Below the pieces are notes generated by a model. It was not told where the DNA came from. It made no database searches and worked only from the letters and a program-made list of their open reading frames with translations. DNA of 62,543 nt, the filler included, from Hausera hauseri (lineage: Eukaryota): the NCBI GenBank assembly GCA_046269625.1. It is 10 parts of 10 records of this genome, joined end to end, with 100 filler letters (N's around TTAATTAATTAA, not from the genome) between each part and the next. Parts side by side here need not be neighbours in the genome. Positions count along the whole stretch, not along the records: positions 44,459 to 51,464 come from JBJURY010044109.1; positions 51,565 to 56,673 come from JBJURY010332714.1; positions 56,774 to 62,543 come from JBJURY010191860.1; 7 more parts are not named here. One strand, 5' to 3'. Position 1 is the first letter of the stretch, and the number at the start of each line of letters is the position of its first letter. Shown in pieces: positions 47,151 through 59,399 of this stretch. The position numbers and the translations under genes were made by a program.

Positions 47151-48092
47151 CGACATGTTGGCTACTATAATCGGAAAAGCAAAAGGCACATATTCGATTA
47201 TAGTCAAAAATTCATAAATGATAAGACACGAAGAAATAATTCCGAACATGACGAGCCTAAGGGAGGAGACGTCATCTCCAGGCCGAGTAGGCACAAAAAC
47301 TACTCTGTTATGAAACTACCATTACCAATATTGCCAACAACGGCACCTCTATATGAAGATTGCGAGAAACAATCTATGAGCTCGTGCCAGATAGACATCT
47401 ATCGGAAGCCGCGTAGTTTAGAAGATCCTTACGAAGGAGCAAAACGCTATGGGATATTGCGCAAGATCCACGAAACGGATAGAACCTCGACTCCACATCA
47501 TCGATCAGCCATCGACGACCACGGTATAATTTACTCACCTAGAATACCTAAGCCAAACAAAACGCAATTTACTCGAAGCTGTGAGGCACGAATTCTCCGA
47601 AACCCAGATGTTCAGCCGCCAGTTAGAAACCAAAGAGTAGAAAATGCGAATGGCACGAATAACGAACTATACCCAATTGGAGAGTTTAGACAATTAATCG
47701 ATCAGCCAGTTGGAACCACTGAAGTTACCATCAAAGGCTACAAGGTGTCCACGGTACGACACCCCAAAACAGCATCAAGTTATTACGGTACCGTAATCGA
47801 AGGTAGGCCTTTCGCAAAGATTCCATTGGAAGATTGGGAAGTTTACGCATTAACAGATACAGGATCTGAAATATCACTGATAAAATATGATTCGACACCT
47901 GCATTCCTACGGAGACAATTGTACCCGCCTCCTGCGATGGATCCAGGAAGCATCGGAGCTTTCGGACAGTCGTCAAAAAGTAAATTCCGTTGGAAACCAG
48001 AAATTCACATAATGGGGCAATCTTTTCGTCATGAATTCTCAGTAATGGAGCAATTAACGGACGATGTAGTGTTAGGGTGTGACTTATTGTGA
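46617..48092 (+). CDS. Continuous ORF joining glycoprotein C-terminus/TM, a Pro/Arg-rich linker and the aspartic protease
   Basis: A single 491-aa frame contains both FGQAASGFL (G membrane region) and VYALTDTGSEISLI..DDVVLGCDLL (protease). Confidence 0.88.
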   Translation: MFRRSETDWVSLPNGGIIAPLAKLTGTNLIKGITDNKFQDTAAKGIYLRKEVEVFRQFLAFSRQRTHKLNRAMHTILQDSRYQAKLDSLLGVGYYKKVSTKILYKIWGRFLIFGQAASGFLARYFLFQLVQAIIQEIINGYEIFTLTGFSCKILTAIITPFGKFLKDYKESKWKTHVERHVGYYNRKSKRHIFDYSQKFINDKTRRNNSEHDEPKGGDVISRPSRHKNYSVMKLPLPILPTTAPLYEDCEKQSMSSCQIDIYRKPRSLEDPYEGAKRYGILRKIHETDRTSTPHHRSAIDDHGIIYSPRIPKPNKTQFTRSCEARILRNPDVQPPVRNQRVENANGTNNELYPIGEFRQLIDQPVGTTEVTIKGYKVSTVRHPKTASSYYGTVIEGRPFAKIPLEDWEVYALTDTGSEISLIKYDSTPAFLRRQLYPPPAMDPGSIGAFGQSSKSKFRWKPEIHIMGQSFRHEFSVMEQLTDDVVLGCDLL

Positions 48093-48329
48093 CAACTTCC
48101 TAATATAGCAATCGATTTCAACGCAGGCAAATTGATAGAACTTGGTCCAATAAAGGGAGTTAAATCCACCAAAGATAGAAAGTTTTGAGAAGTGTGGATC
48201 CCGGTAGATAAAAACGTACCACTCAGAACAGAAATACTCATATATGTTCAGATTCGTCAGGATGACGATTCCACTTAAGAAAAACCCGGGTCTAACGATG
48301 AAATAGACTTATAGGATCAAAAGATGCCG

Positions 48330-50898
48330 AAATGGTATCTTCCTCCACACTAATTAATGCCAGAGATAACCAAACAGGTTGAACGAATGTTAAAGGCCGA
48401 CATAATTAGACCAAGCTACAGATTTTGGTATTCAACTATACTCATGGTTAAGAAGAAAGGTACCAGTAAGCACCGATTTTGCATCGACTATCGAGCATTA
48501 AACACACTTATGATGAAGGATTCCTTCCCGTTACCATCGGTAAGAAAAGCTTTGGACAGACTTTAAGGAGCTAAATGGTTTACCACGTTCGACTTACAAT
48601 CCACGACTGGCAGGTAGAGATAAAGGAAGATCGCTACAAAACGGCATTTAAAACACATGATGGTATATACGAATTTCATGTTATGCCATTTGGAATAACT
48701 ACCGGACCAGCCATCTTTACACGCATGATGAATTAGATGCTAATGAGACTGGAACACGCGTTCACCTATTTAGATGACGTCATGATTGCCTCGAAAACGG
48801 AAGAGGATCATTTAAAAGACATTGGAGGTACACTCATGAGATTGGAGCAAGCTGGATTAAAGCTGAATCCGAAGAAGTGCAAATGGGCTCAAAATGCTGT
48901 ATCGTACCTTGGACATATAGTTGGAGAAGGAGGGTCGAAGCCGGATAAATCATTATTAAGTAAGATATCGGATTGTATGGAACCTCAGAATCACAAGGAA
49001 TTAAGACACAGGTTAGGTCTGTGTGAATATTATGCAATCTACGTACCAGATAACGCAAAGATAAACGCACCTTTATACCGCTTACTCAAAAAAGGGATTA
49101 AATTTAAATGCACCGATATACAACAAAAAGCTTTTGACGAAATGAAAAAGATTCTAACTAGTGAACATGTTCTACGGTACCCCGACTTTAACCTACCGTT
49201 CATAATAAAAACAGACGCCAGTGAGGAAGGTATCGGATATGAACTGGCTTAGAAACTAGAAGACGAGGAGCTAGAACATCCGATCGCATACGGAGGAAGT
49301 TCCCTAAAAAGGCCGAGAAGAACTATTCTGTTACGGAGTTTGGAACATTAGCAGTGAAAGAAGCCCTGCGAAATTTTAACGTGTACGTCTATGGACAGAA
49401 AATTGTAATCGTTACTGATCATAAGGCAGTCACGACTTTAAAGGGTAGAGCAAATAATCCGACGTGTAGATTAACAGATGGATAGAGGAAATCTCACGTT
49501 ACAACATTGAATTCCAATACAAACCCGGAAATAACCATGTCGATGCCGACGCATTATCAAGACTTAAAACCAAAATAAGCGCAGTTACAATAATGAGGAA
49601 AGCACACCTTGAAGATGTAATAGAAATACAAGAAACTCTCACATTAGATAAGGCGTTAAAGATTGCCGTCGAACAGAGAAAAGACAAGGTTATACAGCAG
49701 ATTATCGAGTTCGTTGATGCCAACGTGACATCAAAGGGTCATCAGCTACGGAAACACCTACGATGATATGGTCACAAATACTGCGTCGCTGGATACTTGA
49801 ACCACGAAAATGTGCTATACTACGAACGAAAAGGACGAAAATTAGTCGTCATACCGAAGGAATTACGAGCGGAAGTACTCATGGCCGAACATGATTCACA
49901 CTTAGCCGGACACATTTCGTGGAAAAAGACATGGGAAAGGATATTAAATAAGTACTATTGGCCGAGCATTTACATTGACGTGAGAAATTGGGTAGATGCT
50001 TGTGAAGTGTGTGCGAACAAGCAGACAAAAATGAAAAACTACGTCGCTGAGCTTAAACCTATCGATGTGCCCGATCGACCAATGCAAGCAATGTCTATGG
50101 ATATTGTAGGACCATTACCTACGACCCACAAAAACAACAAATATATTTTGACCTGTGTAGATCGATTGACTCATTTCGTCGAGCTTATAGCGTTAATAGA
50201 CCAAAGGGCAGAGACTGTGGCAGAAGTAGTAGTTCGGAAAATTATTTGCAGATACGGACCACCCGAACAAATTTTGACGGATCGAGGAAGAAACTTCACA
50301 AGCGAATTGTTCGACAAAATTAAAAAAAATTTTCAGATTGAACGACTAACTACCACAGTTTATCATCCCCAATGTAATGAGATGGTCGAACGAATGAACT
50401 CGACAGTTATACGGATTTTATCGACGGTAGTCGCAAAAGACCAGAAAGATTGGGATGAATTCTTAGAAGGTACACAATTCGTTATCAATACTACCCCGCA
50501 TCCTGCGGCAGGCTTTACTCCGTTTTTCATGATGTACGACAGAGAAGCTATACTGCCTACAGATCTAGGATTGATTCCTTACACAAAGAAAACTGGAAGA
50601 TTTGGAACAGAATTTTGTCGAGGTATTACAATTGAGATTACACAGGTGTTGGGAAATATCCAAGGAAGTATCTAAAGAATACCAGGAACAATTCAAGAAG
50701 CAATACGATAAGAAGGCTAAACCACATGATCTAGAACCTGGAAACTGGGTTTATGTGTACTATCCAGTGGCAAAGAAAGGCACATCTCTTAAGCTTACCA
50801 AAACAGGTAGAGGACCTTATGAAGTTACCAAGGTTACACCAACCACGGTTTATCTAAATAAAAAGGTAAGGAAGAGGTCATATCAATTCAGAGAGTAG
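48330..50898 (+). pseudogene. pol: Gypsy pol: RT, RNase H, integrase with GPY module
   Basis: RFCIDYRALN..DSFPLP; MPFG; TYLDDV; GLKLNPKKC; IKTDAS; YKPGNNHVDADALSR; HDSHLAGH..CEVC; MDIVGP, LTDRG, MVERMN; KTGRGPYEV. The RT-RH-IN order is Ty3/Gypsy. Confidence 0.95.
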
Positions 50899-50933
50899 TT
50901 AAAACGGAAATAAGACCAGACAAACGCTATAAT

Positions 50934-51287
50934 TTGCGTTCGAGCAAAACAAATAAAGAAACACAAACGTCATCAATGGTGACCAGACCAATATTTTATG
51001 TGCAAATAGTCCTGGCCTTATCGTTAATCGCTTCGTATGTACCGAAGGTGAAATTGATAAGTCAAACCGAAAAATTACAAAATGCAGCAAGACGAAGAAA
51101 TACCCAAAACTTCCAGTCACTTAGAGTACACGATATAGATTGGAGCAAACCATGTGCGTGGTTCGAAGTAGGTGAACCCATTCAGACTTATGTGAAATTT
51201 CAAATAATATTTGTAACTAGATCCACGATGCGAACATGCGATTTTCCGTACGGACATCACAAAAGATGTTGTGATTTGGATTTTTGA
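50934..51287 (+). pseudogene. Post-integrase signal-like segment and Cys-rich domain
   Basis: RPIFYVQIVLALSLIASYVP..CAWF..TCDFPYGHHKRCC is homologous to RPISYIQIFLALSLISSYIP / HCDIPYGSQEGCC at 61713-62060. Confidence 0.7.
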
Positions 51288-54200
51288 CACGCCTACGGGC
51301 ACAGATTTCAAATGTTTTATTCTAATCAGTTTGGAGCTCAAGCTTATATAATTACAAAACTCTTAATAAGAATGCCCTAACGAAAGAACGCAAATCAAGC
51401 CAAGACGGACGAAATAATCCGAAGCACTGACCCATTTAAAAGACTCTTAGACTATAACATTATTNNNNNNNNNNNNNNNNNNNNNNNNNNNNNNNNNNNN
51501 NNNNNNNNTTAATTAATTAANNNNNNNNNNNNNNNNNNNNNNNNNNNNNNNNNNNNNNNNNNNNACTAACCGTGAATCAAAAACGTGACAGAATAAAGTG
51601 ATTATGTAGTGATTGATTATTCATAGTAACAACAGCGAAGTCTATTAATCTACGATCATCTAGTGGGTGCTGCATCAAAATGCCAGATTGTCAACAAGAT
51701 GGCTGAGAAAATTGAAATATGGTGTCACATCACTTAGCACTGAGCAGAGGTTGTCTATATTGATATGAGCGCTTGCGATTGCAATTCTCATTATTTGTAA
51801 ATGAGTCGCTTTTATCTTTTCCATATCTGTCTTTCACTTGAAATTGCAGTTTGGCTTTCAATGGGTTATATGTTGTGTGTCTCATCAAGCGTAATATTGC
51901 GATAAATTGTATGTTGCAGTATTATAATTTATGACAAATTCAATGATATAGTTGTAATGCGGTTAATATTATAGGGATTTTGAATTAGTTGAAATTTCTC
52001 CACAAACTTTCCAGCGCTATACTGCTAGTCGGAATTTTACCCGTTCTATAAATTCTACAAGTACAAAGTTTTATGATGATAAATAAAATGAAACAATTTT
52101 TTGCACAGTACAGTGAGATTATGCAATATGGACTTCTAAATGTTATGTCATCTACTTCCATTTCCAGTTTGTCAATCATGTTATGTCAAAATACAATGTA
52201 TTTGTTTAATTATCAGTTACATCATTAATATTTCTTCCTTCTACATAAATATTAACTTTACACATAAACGATAAAACATTATCAGATGGAAAACTCTTAT
52301 TATCAATGTGGTGCTGTTCTTTTTGTTTGATTTTTAAAATTTTATCTGGAGCTCAGTTACACAGAAGTCAAAATCAATACTGATATGGCCGTATTCTAAT
52401 AAGGTCTATATTTTTAAACAGTCGTAACATACCGGTTTATCGATTACATTTCTAATGATCTGAATAGTTGCAAAGCAACAAAGTTGTGCAATAGAAATAT
52501 TGTTTAACATACCGGATTCACACCGCAAATCCTATATTTTAACAAAAGGGGTGTTTCGGGAAAGCCGATAGTACTCTGATTTCATCGCGCGATAACAGCC
52601 ATCGAGACAGTACTTGAAACTCACCGGTCCCGACAATCCACACTACTCCTCTAGCCGTAACGAATCGCATGTTGCCAACAAACTAATAGTATCGAAATTT
52701 AAAACTGTAAGCGAAGGTTTAAATTACAACAAAATAAGAAAAGGATTGGAAAATTACCAAATAGCTCATTATTTGAATATTCAAGTTTCGTCGAATATTA
52801 TTTTCTCAACCATCGGTAGAGAATAAGTGGTACGAGAGTTGAAATAATATTTGAGCAAAAATTGATTTTAACATTGATGAAATTAACAGTTGTTGTTTTT
52901 CCTATTTCTAATTTCAACTCAGCCATTTTGTTTACCAGTCTACAAAGGCGGATGGGAAATTAGTTCACATACATGCATGCTCATGTGTCTGGTATGTTTC
53001 CACTACTTGTTATCGTAAAGATATTGGCAAATGAGATTAGACTATAATATTGGGGACAAAATTCGTGTTGAGTTATTTTTTGGAGAAAAATTGATTTTTA
53101 CTCACAATAAATTTTTTTATTTTCATTAAAGATTATCTACACCTGCTGGAATTCGAGTTACTCGATATTTTTTCGGACTCAAAACCAATGGTACTTATAC
53201 ACTTTACTTTAGACCTTTTTCGCACGTCTTCTCCAAATAGTTGTTATAACTATTCCATCGAAATTAAGAAATATTTACTCAATATTTGGTCTAATGCTCG
53301 AGTTTGTTGAACGCAATAGCCGCAGCACAGAAGGGTAAAATATGGTCGAAAAATGTGAGGATATTAGCAATCAATAGCACCTTACTGTTAGTGAGAGTTT
53401 TAAAGATTCTAAATTCCAAATATGGAAATGAATTTAACCAATCTAAATTACGCTTAAATTTACTGTCTTCTAGAAACTCAAAAATGTGGATTGATAAATA
53501 TTCCAACTTGTTTTTTCGAATCTGATATTACAGGAATTATTTAGTTTAAATAAAGAAATCCTTCATCTCTTCTATAACCATAATGGACAGAGTAACACAT
53601 CTAGGTATGAATCCTTACCGTTAGAAAGATGTTAGAAATAATTATTTATTTAGAAATATTCAACATTTAGCTTTCACCAAAAACAGTAAACTTAAGTATA
53701 TAATTACATAATATATTCGCATTTATCATGTACCAGCCCAATTAAGACAAGAATTATACAATCAAATAGACTCATTAACAAAAAGCTTTTATAATCATAT
53801 AATTGTAATACTAACAATAATTGCAACAATTAAATGTAATTACGAAACACTGAATTATCAAATGCAGTAAATCTACACGAAATCATCATGGATACGAACA
53901 GTACATTGTATATGTATTTTGGCTGAGAATGCAACATCGCGCTTCAGTGGTTGCACGTTTGTGTTATTCTAATCAATAGATTTGAAAATATTTTAAATTT
54001 TCGAATATAATCGCATAGTATCGTGCTCCATTGTTTGATTAAATCTGTCCAGTACGTTTCACATACTTACCAAGGGTGATTTTATGCAATTAATAACTTA
54101 AGATATTTAAATGAAATATATAATATAAAAATGATGTAAATTATGATGATAATTCCAATGCAATTAGTGTTTCAGAAGTCGGCGAGGATTTCAAAAGATT

Positions 54201-54434
54201 ATAAAATTTTAATCAACAAAACATCAACAAAACACTTTGTCAAATTTTGTTAATTCGTAAAATTCATTTGCATTTTGGAGGGAAAATTAAAGAAGTGCTA
54301 AATTAGATAACATTGTTCAATCAAAATATTTTCGGGCATATTAGACTTTTTTATCGCATCCACAATTTTCAGTAGGTTAATAGAATAAAACACGTTTGAA
54401 ATTTATAAACAATTTACGAATATCGATAATGTAG

Positions 54435-54891
54435 CACCGAATATCTACGAAATAAAATCAACACTGGGTAAAGTCTCAGTGGGCAGTATCAGATCATCGC
54501 CTGCATATTCCATGTACAGTAGACGTGACGTGGGAACATTTAGTGAAGATTTGATGAACGTGAGTAATGAAATATCATTGTCGAATATTGAATAACATTT
54601 GCAGACTCCTGGACCGAATAACTATAAGATACCAGACAGTGATTTATACAAGCATAAACCACCATCATGTAGTATGCACGCCAGACACAATTTGCCTAGT
54701 GACACGGCACTGAAACCAGGTCCTGGAGCCTATGAACCAGAGAAGGCAAATATCATTTCGATAGATGAGTATAAAATTTCAACTTTTTGTAGGCTTTCGT
54801 AAAATTGAATCCGGCTCCATCAGCAACATTCGGTATAAGGCACAGTCAGTTTGCCAGTGGATTTGTGTTACTGGCCGATGTGACTCCGTGA
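54435..54891 (+). CDS. ODF3: Outer dense fiber protein 3 / CIMAP1 (SHIPPO PGP repeats), last three exons 54435-54559, 54605-54745, 54793-54891
   Basis: PNIYEIKSTLG..SSPAYSMYSR..GTFSEDLMN|TPGPNNY..KPGPGAYEPEK|AFVKLNPAPSATFGIRHSQF..DVTP* matches ODF3 (FSEDL..TPGP..PGPG..PEK..AP..TFGIKHS). Introns are 45 nt (GT-AG) and 47 nt (GC-AG). Confidence 0.9.
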
Positions 54892-55380
54892 TCTCGTTCG
54901 TCATGGCTCTTCCGAATTTCTTTATCTGTCGAATTAGTCGTTTGAATTGTCGCGTCAATATGCTCGTCATTCTGCATTTTACTTAACATTGTCTACTTTG
55001 TTTCTTGTCTTTTAAATAATGTTATCTTATTCATCATTTGAATTTTCGAATAGTTCGCATAAATTCAATATTCGAATAGTAAAAACAAAATGAACGTTTT
55101 GTAGCACTTATTACCGAAAAAGAATTATTTTCCTGACGAATTTGAAAGTTTATTGACAACCAAGGAGAAATCGAATCAAAATGTTCGTTGTGTAGCATAT
55201 CGTGTCAAAAAGTCTACAAGAACATTTGCGAAGCAAAATCAAATACAATAAAATGTAGGATGTTTAAAATTTAAAATATGTAAAATTGATGATTTACCAA
55301 AAACTAAATTAAAAATGTTTAATATTTTTGACAAATTCATTCAACATAAAAAATTGATCGCTCAGTTCCAAATGGCCGTC

Positions 55381-56575
55381 TTATCTTTCAGTAAATATAA
55401 ATTGTTTAAACACCGAATTTCTGAAGAAGGCATTACTACCATGGAGGCACTCGTTGTACATAGCATCCGAAACCAATTCAACAAAATTTACTTTGAATTT
55501 CTGAATAATACTAACGAAAAAGATAAAAACCTCCATTCTGGCAAGATATTCTCCAAGACATTGTCGTTTTCCAATACCGAATGGGACGAGTTCAGCTCGA
55601 GGACGGTATTTTATCTGATTAATTGTATCTTGTTCAAGTAAATGTGGATGATAAAATTCGAATGGTTTCTGCCAGATATTTGGGTCTCGATGACAGAAAT
55701 AAAGATTGGGAATTATGGGAGAATCTTTAGGAATAAAATAACCATCAATAGTCACATCCTTGTCTGTGCGGTGTAAAATCGATAATGGTACAACGGAACT
55801 GTGTCGAAATATTTCGTCCATCACTGCTTCAGTAAAAGGAAGAGATCTTTTATCATACATCGATGGCATTCGTTCTGTTCCAATAATGTCCTTGATTTCC
55901 TCAAACATGCGCTGTTGTATTTCAGGATATCTTGACAAAAACATCATACTCCAGCAGAGAGTTGTTGATGTTGTTTCATATCCTGCAGCAAAAAGATCAA
56001 ACGCACTTTGAACAAGCTGTACATTGGTAAATGTTTCAATTCTGCCGTATTTATCCACGAGCCGTTGACGTTCCAATAAATAGCAATCTATGAGATCATT
56101 TCCCATTGATTCCTTTTCTAAATATTTCAAATGTTCATCGAATTCTTTTTGAAAATATTTTTGAGCGTTATAAAAATTTTTCTTGTTTGGATAGAACCAA
56201 TCAATCAAAAATTTGGACACCATGTTTAGATTATCGAGAATAGGGAACATATATAGTACAAAACCAATTAATGAGTCATTTTCTACGGATCCTTCCAGTG
56301 CTTTCTGAATATGCCTGACTTCCTCGGCATCTCTCGAATATCTCTTATTCATGACGAATTTCGCAATGACATTCACGGTGTAAATAGGAATAATTTTAGC
56401 AAAATGAACAGGCTGTCCATCCAGAATTGATAACTCATCTAAGAAATATTTGCATTCTGAATGTATAACGTCACTTGACTCAGATTTCCCAAATCCGAAA
56501 TTCCGAATTATTTTTAGGATGAATGCTCGATGTACTGCCCAAACTTCACCATCCGTGAAAATAACTCCAGAATCT
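55381..56575 (-). CDS. Cytochrome P450, clan 2 (CYP2-like); long 3' exon, 5' end missing
   Basis: GVIFTDGEVWAVHR (WxxxR, upstream in-frame extension), DLFAAGYETTSTTL (I helix), EAVMDEIFR (ExxR), PFGIGKRQCLGE (heme Cys). Confidence 0.95.
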
Positions 56576-57333
56576 GTTGAAATAGTCTTCTCAAATCCTG
56601 TTTTTAATCTACAGCGTTAGAATGAACAGATGTACTCACGCTCAGCGTACCAGTAGGGTTTGATCAGTTCGTCNNNNNNNNNNNNNNNNNNNNNNNNNNN
56701 NNNNNNNNNNNNNNNNNTTAATTAATTAANNNNNNNNNNNNNNNNNNNNNNNNNNNNNNNNNNNNNNNNNNNNAAAAGAAGAGATAGGAAAACAATAAAA
56801 ATTACACTTACATCCATTCATGTCGATTACAATGATATAATGTAGTCTTTCAACAACAATTATTATTATTTTGAATGATGATATGCAGCAGTATATATAC
56901 CATTAGAATGTGTACAGTACAATGTAAGAAAAACAAAATAAACAAAATTCAATTATTTAAAATCACAAATAAATAAAAATCAATTAACTGTACAATCAGT
57001 TAATCAAAGTTTATTTATTCTCAATTTTGTCTAATTTTAGTTAATCGGTAAGTTTATTTATCTTCCTTTGGGATTTATTTGCTTTAATTTAGACTGCTGT
57101 TTCGAACAATGTAATGGTGGTTTTATGCTGTTGATATCCAGAATTTGGAGTGTACTAAAAAGGGAAAATGTGTAAAAATAGTTTAGTTTTATTTTTGAAT
57201 GCAACATATAATATATGTTATAATTCGACAATTAAGCAATAATGCAATTAAAAATTATAATGCCAGGATCTACAACAAGACAAAACTTGGGAAGCGTTAA
57301 CTTTAATTTAAAATAGCATTATATATATGTGTG

Positions 57334-58051
57334 TGTTATATTGGGGGTGGCCCTATATAACAATAAGTTAATCAATTTAATTGCTCTTTAGGCAGGTTAG
57401 GTTTACCGTTCTCGGTAAATCACGATGTGCCTTATTAGTTTAATACGTTTACAGTAGATGCAGGTAATGCGTGCGATATCCTGTGCAAGATTTAAATCAC
57501 TGCTCTTACCTGTATAAGTTTAAGTCAAAATGTATCCCTTAGGGTAGTCAATCGATCTTAGGGATTGATGATTAACTATCAAAATTTTAAAAGAAAACTT
57601 TTAAAATACAATGTAATTACCAAACAAAATCGATCAATCGTTTAAGAACCGTTTGTAGAATTTTCGCTTCTACTACTGTAACACTGAATAGAATTTTCCA
57701 ATCGGGAATACATAATCACTTTTGCATGATTTTTTCAGACTTCTCTCTCTATTCACATTCTCCATTGACTATTTATATTCGACTGGATATCGGATACATG
57801 TGACTGAATACTTTAGCTTTTTTCCAGCATTTAATTTTAGTTTGTAGAAGACTGTGATAAATAATTTTGATTTTTAGATCGTTATTTTTTCGAATAAATT
57901 TCAGAAAATTCACAGAAACTTTGAAAAATTCTTTAAAATATTCTAAAATATTGCTAATACCCATTTCTACTCCATAACAAAATTTCGTTTTTATACGTCA
58001 ATTATATACGAAATAATTTAGCAATTTATAATTCTGTACAGCTATGTTACA
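57334..58051 (-). repeat. Putative 3' LTR of Gypsy copy J (about 718 bp)
   Basis: Minus strand starts TGTAACA directly after the PPT. The candidate end is TATAACA at 57340-57334, next to a (TA)/(TG) run. No second LTR is available to confirm the end. Confidence 0.45.
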
Positions 58052-58063
58052 TTTCTCCTCCCT
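58052..58063 (-). promoter_or_regulatory. Polypurine tract of Gypsy copy J
   Basis: Minus strand AGGGAGGAGAAA|TGTAACA, about 50 nt after the last stop codon. Confidence 0.75.
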
Positions 58064-58111
58064 GAACGGCATACTCGCATGTGCCTATTGCGTCAGGAGA
58101 GGTGACGCCAA

Positions 58112-58873
58112 TTAGTGTCGTCGCAGGAAGTCCAGTCTACTCCGGAGAATACTGTCATCGATTGGGTCAGCAAGTAACCTGATTTCGTCAACTGCCTCTA
58201 AGGCGTAACTGTTGCTGGGCTGAATTTGGATTAATCGGTTACACTCGCCGTTCGAGAAATCTTTCCACGTTTCCAGGCAAGTGCGACAATATTTATGTCG
58301 GCATTCTTTGTTGTCCAGTTTAACGTATGCTTGCCAAATGTTTTCTTTACAAACTGAGCAGGTGTCTTCGTCTTCATTAGTGTTTTCGTCATCGAGGCCT
58401 ACTTTAGGGATACTCTTAATTTGTTCAAATACAAGGCCGACATGGTCGCAATATAGGTAGCCATAAAGTTCTTTTTGTTGAATGTTAATTGAACTCTTTC
58501 GGGAGTCATAGTTTACTGGGACTAATGTCCAATCTAAAACAGTTTCTTTATCCAGGTCCGGAACTGTGCCTTCCTTTTGGTATGTCTGGTATTGTTTCTT
58601 CAATATCAAGTTCATTTGGCCGTCCACAAGAATTGAAAGTTTACTTATCCTTTTTGATTTAAATACCCGGGCTAAGTATTGCCCTATTCTTGAATTTTCC
58701 CAAACATATGCACCTTCTGGGGTGTCGCGTGTTCCTGCGTTCTTCACGTAGATTATTGCTTCTTTCAGATTTTGATGGCTGCAGTACTCTGCAGTAATCA
58801 ATAATTTCGGGTAGTCTTTGATTGTCGAATAGTGGATATTCTCTTGGGATCTCTTTTTCTTAAGTATGTTCAT
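58112..58873 (-). CDS. Terminal retroelement accessory ORF with C3HC4 RING finger
   Basis: EDEDTCSVCKENIWQAYVKLDNKECRHKYCRTCLETWKDFSNGEC (last Cys pair incomplete). Confidence 0.7.
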   Translation of the reverse strand: MNILKKKRSQENIHYSTIKDYPKLLITAEYCSHQNLKEAIIYVKNAGTRDTPEGAYVWENSRIGQYLARVFKSKRISKLSILVDGQMNLILKKQYQTYQKEGTVPDLDKETVLDWTLVPVNYDSRKSSINIQQKELYGYLYCDHVGLVFEQIKSIPKVGLDDENTNEDEDTCSVCKENIWQAYVKLDNKECRHKYCRTCLETWKDFSNGECNRLIQIQPSNSYALEAVDEIRLLADPIDDSILRSRLDFLRRH

Positions 58874-59399
58874 TATGGTGAATATCTGTGTAAAATCGTT
58901 TTCCGACTTTCCTCCTGGTGCTTGGGTTCTACATTTTCGCAGAACCTTTCGGACTGGGATTCTACGTTTTGGGATTCTATGATCTTAGTGTTAGGTCGAA
59001 AAATTTTCTCTGTTTCCTTCTTTTCCTTTTGGGTTTCTATCTCCTTTGGAACTTGTTTTTCTTCGGGCAATTTGGCCTCTTTCCGATTTCCGTCTTCGCG
59101 ACTTTTTTTTTGAATAAATAATCATATAGTGGTAGTTTGCTTTTATTTATGGATACAGCGGCTTCGATTTCCTTCTCCTTATAGGTGCCGACTCTTCCCT
59201 GTTCCTTTTTCGGAATTTCAGGTATCTTAAAGGTTGTTTGTGGTTCAGCACTCTTTATTTTGGCCTTCGAGCTGAATCCGTAACTAATGCTAGGCCTGTC
59301 ATCCATATTTGGTTGAATAATAACTGATCTTGGGTTGGATCCTTGTATGGTTATTCGATAATTGCCTCGTTCCGTAGACTAAATAGTTTTAAAGGGAGA

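Larger units (their letters stand above)
44459..51464 (+). mobile_element. Decayed Ty3/Gypsy element (copy H): UBL ORF, chuvirus-like glycoprotein, PR, RT, RNase H, IN, membrane-protein tail
   Basis: All domains are collinear on the + strand within one contig. Confidence 0.92.

Noticed and set aside
37749-51464. Reading contig G then contig H as one continuous element or tandem array
   Set aside because: Separated by a linker and NANS-bearing DNA; their integrase tails overlap and differ, so they are distinct family members.
51565-54400. Short ORFs (51985, 52614, 53291, 53304) in AT-rich DNA
   Set aside because: No recognisable homology; likely intronic or intergenic sequence upstream of the ODF3 exons.
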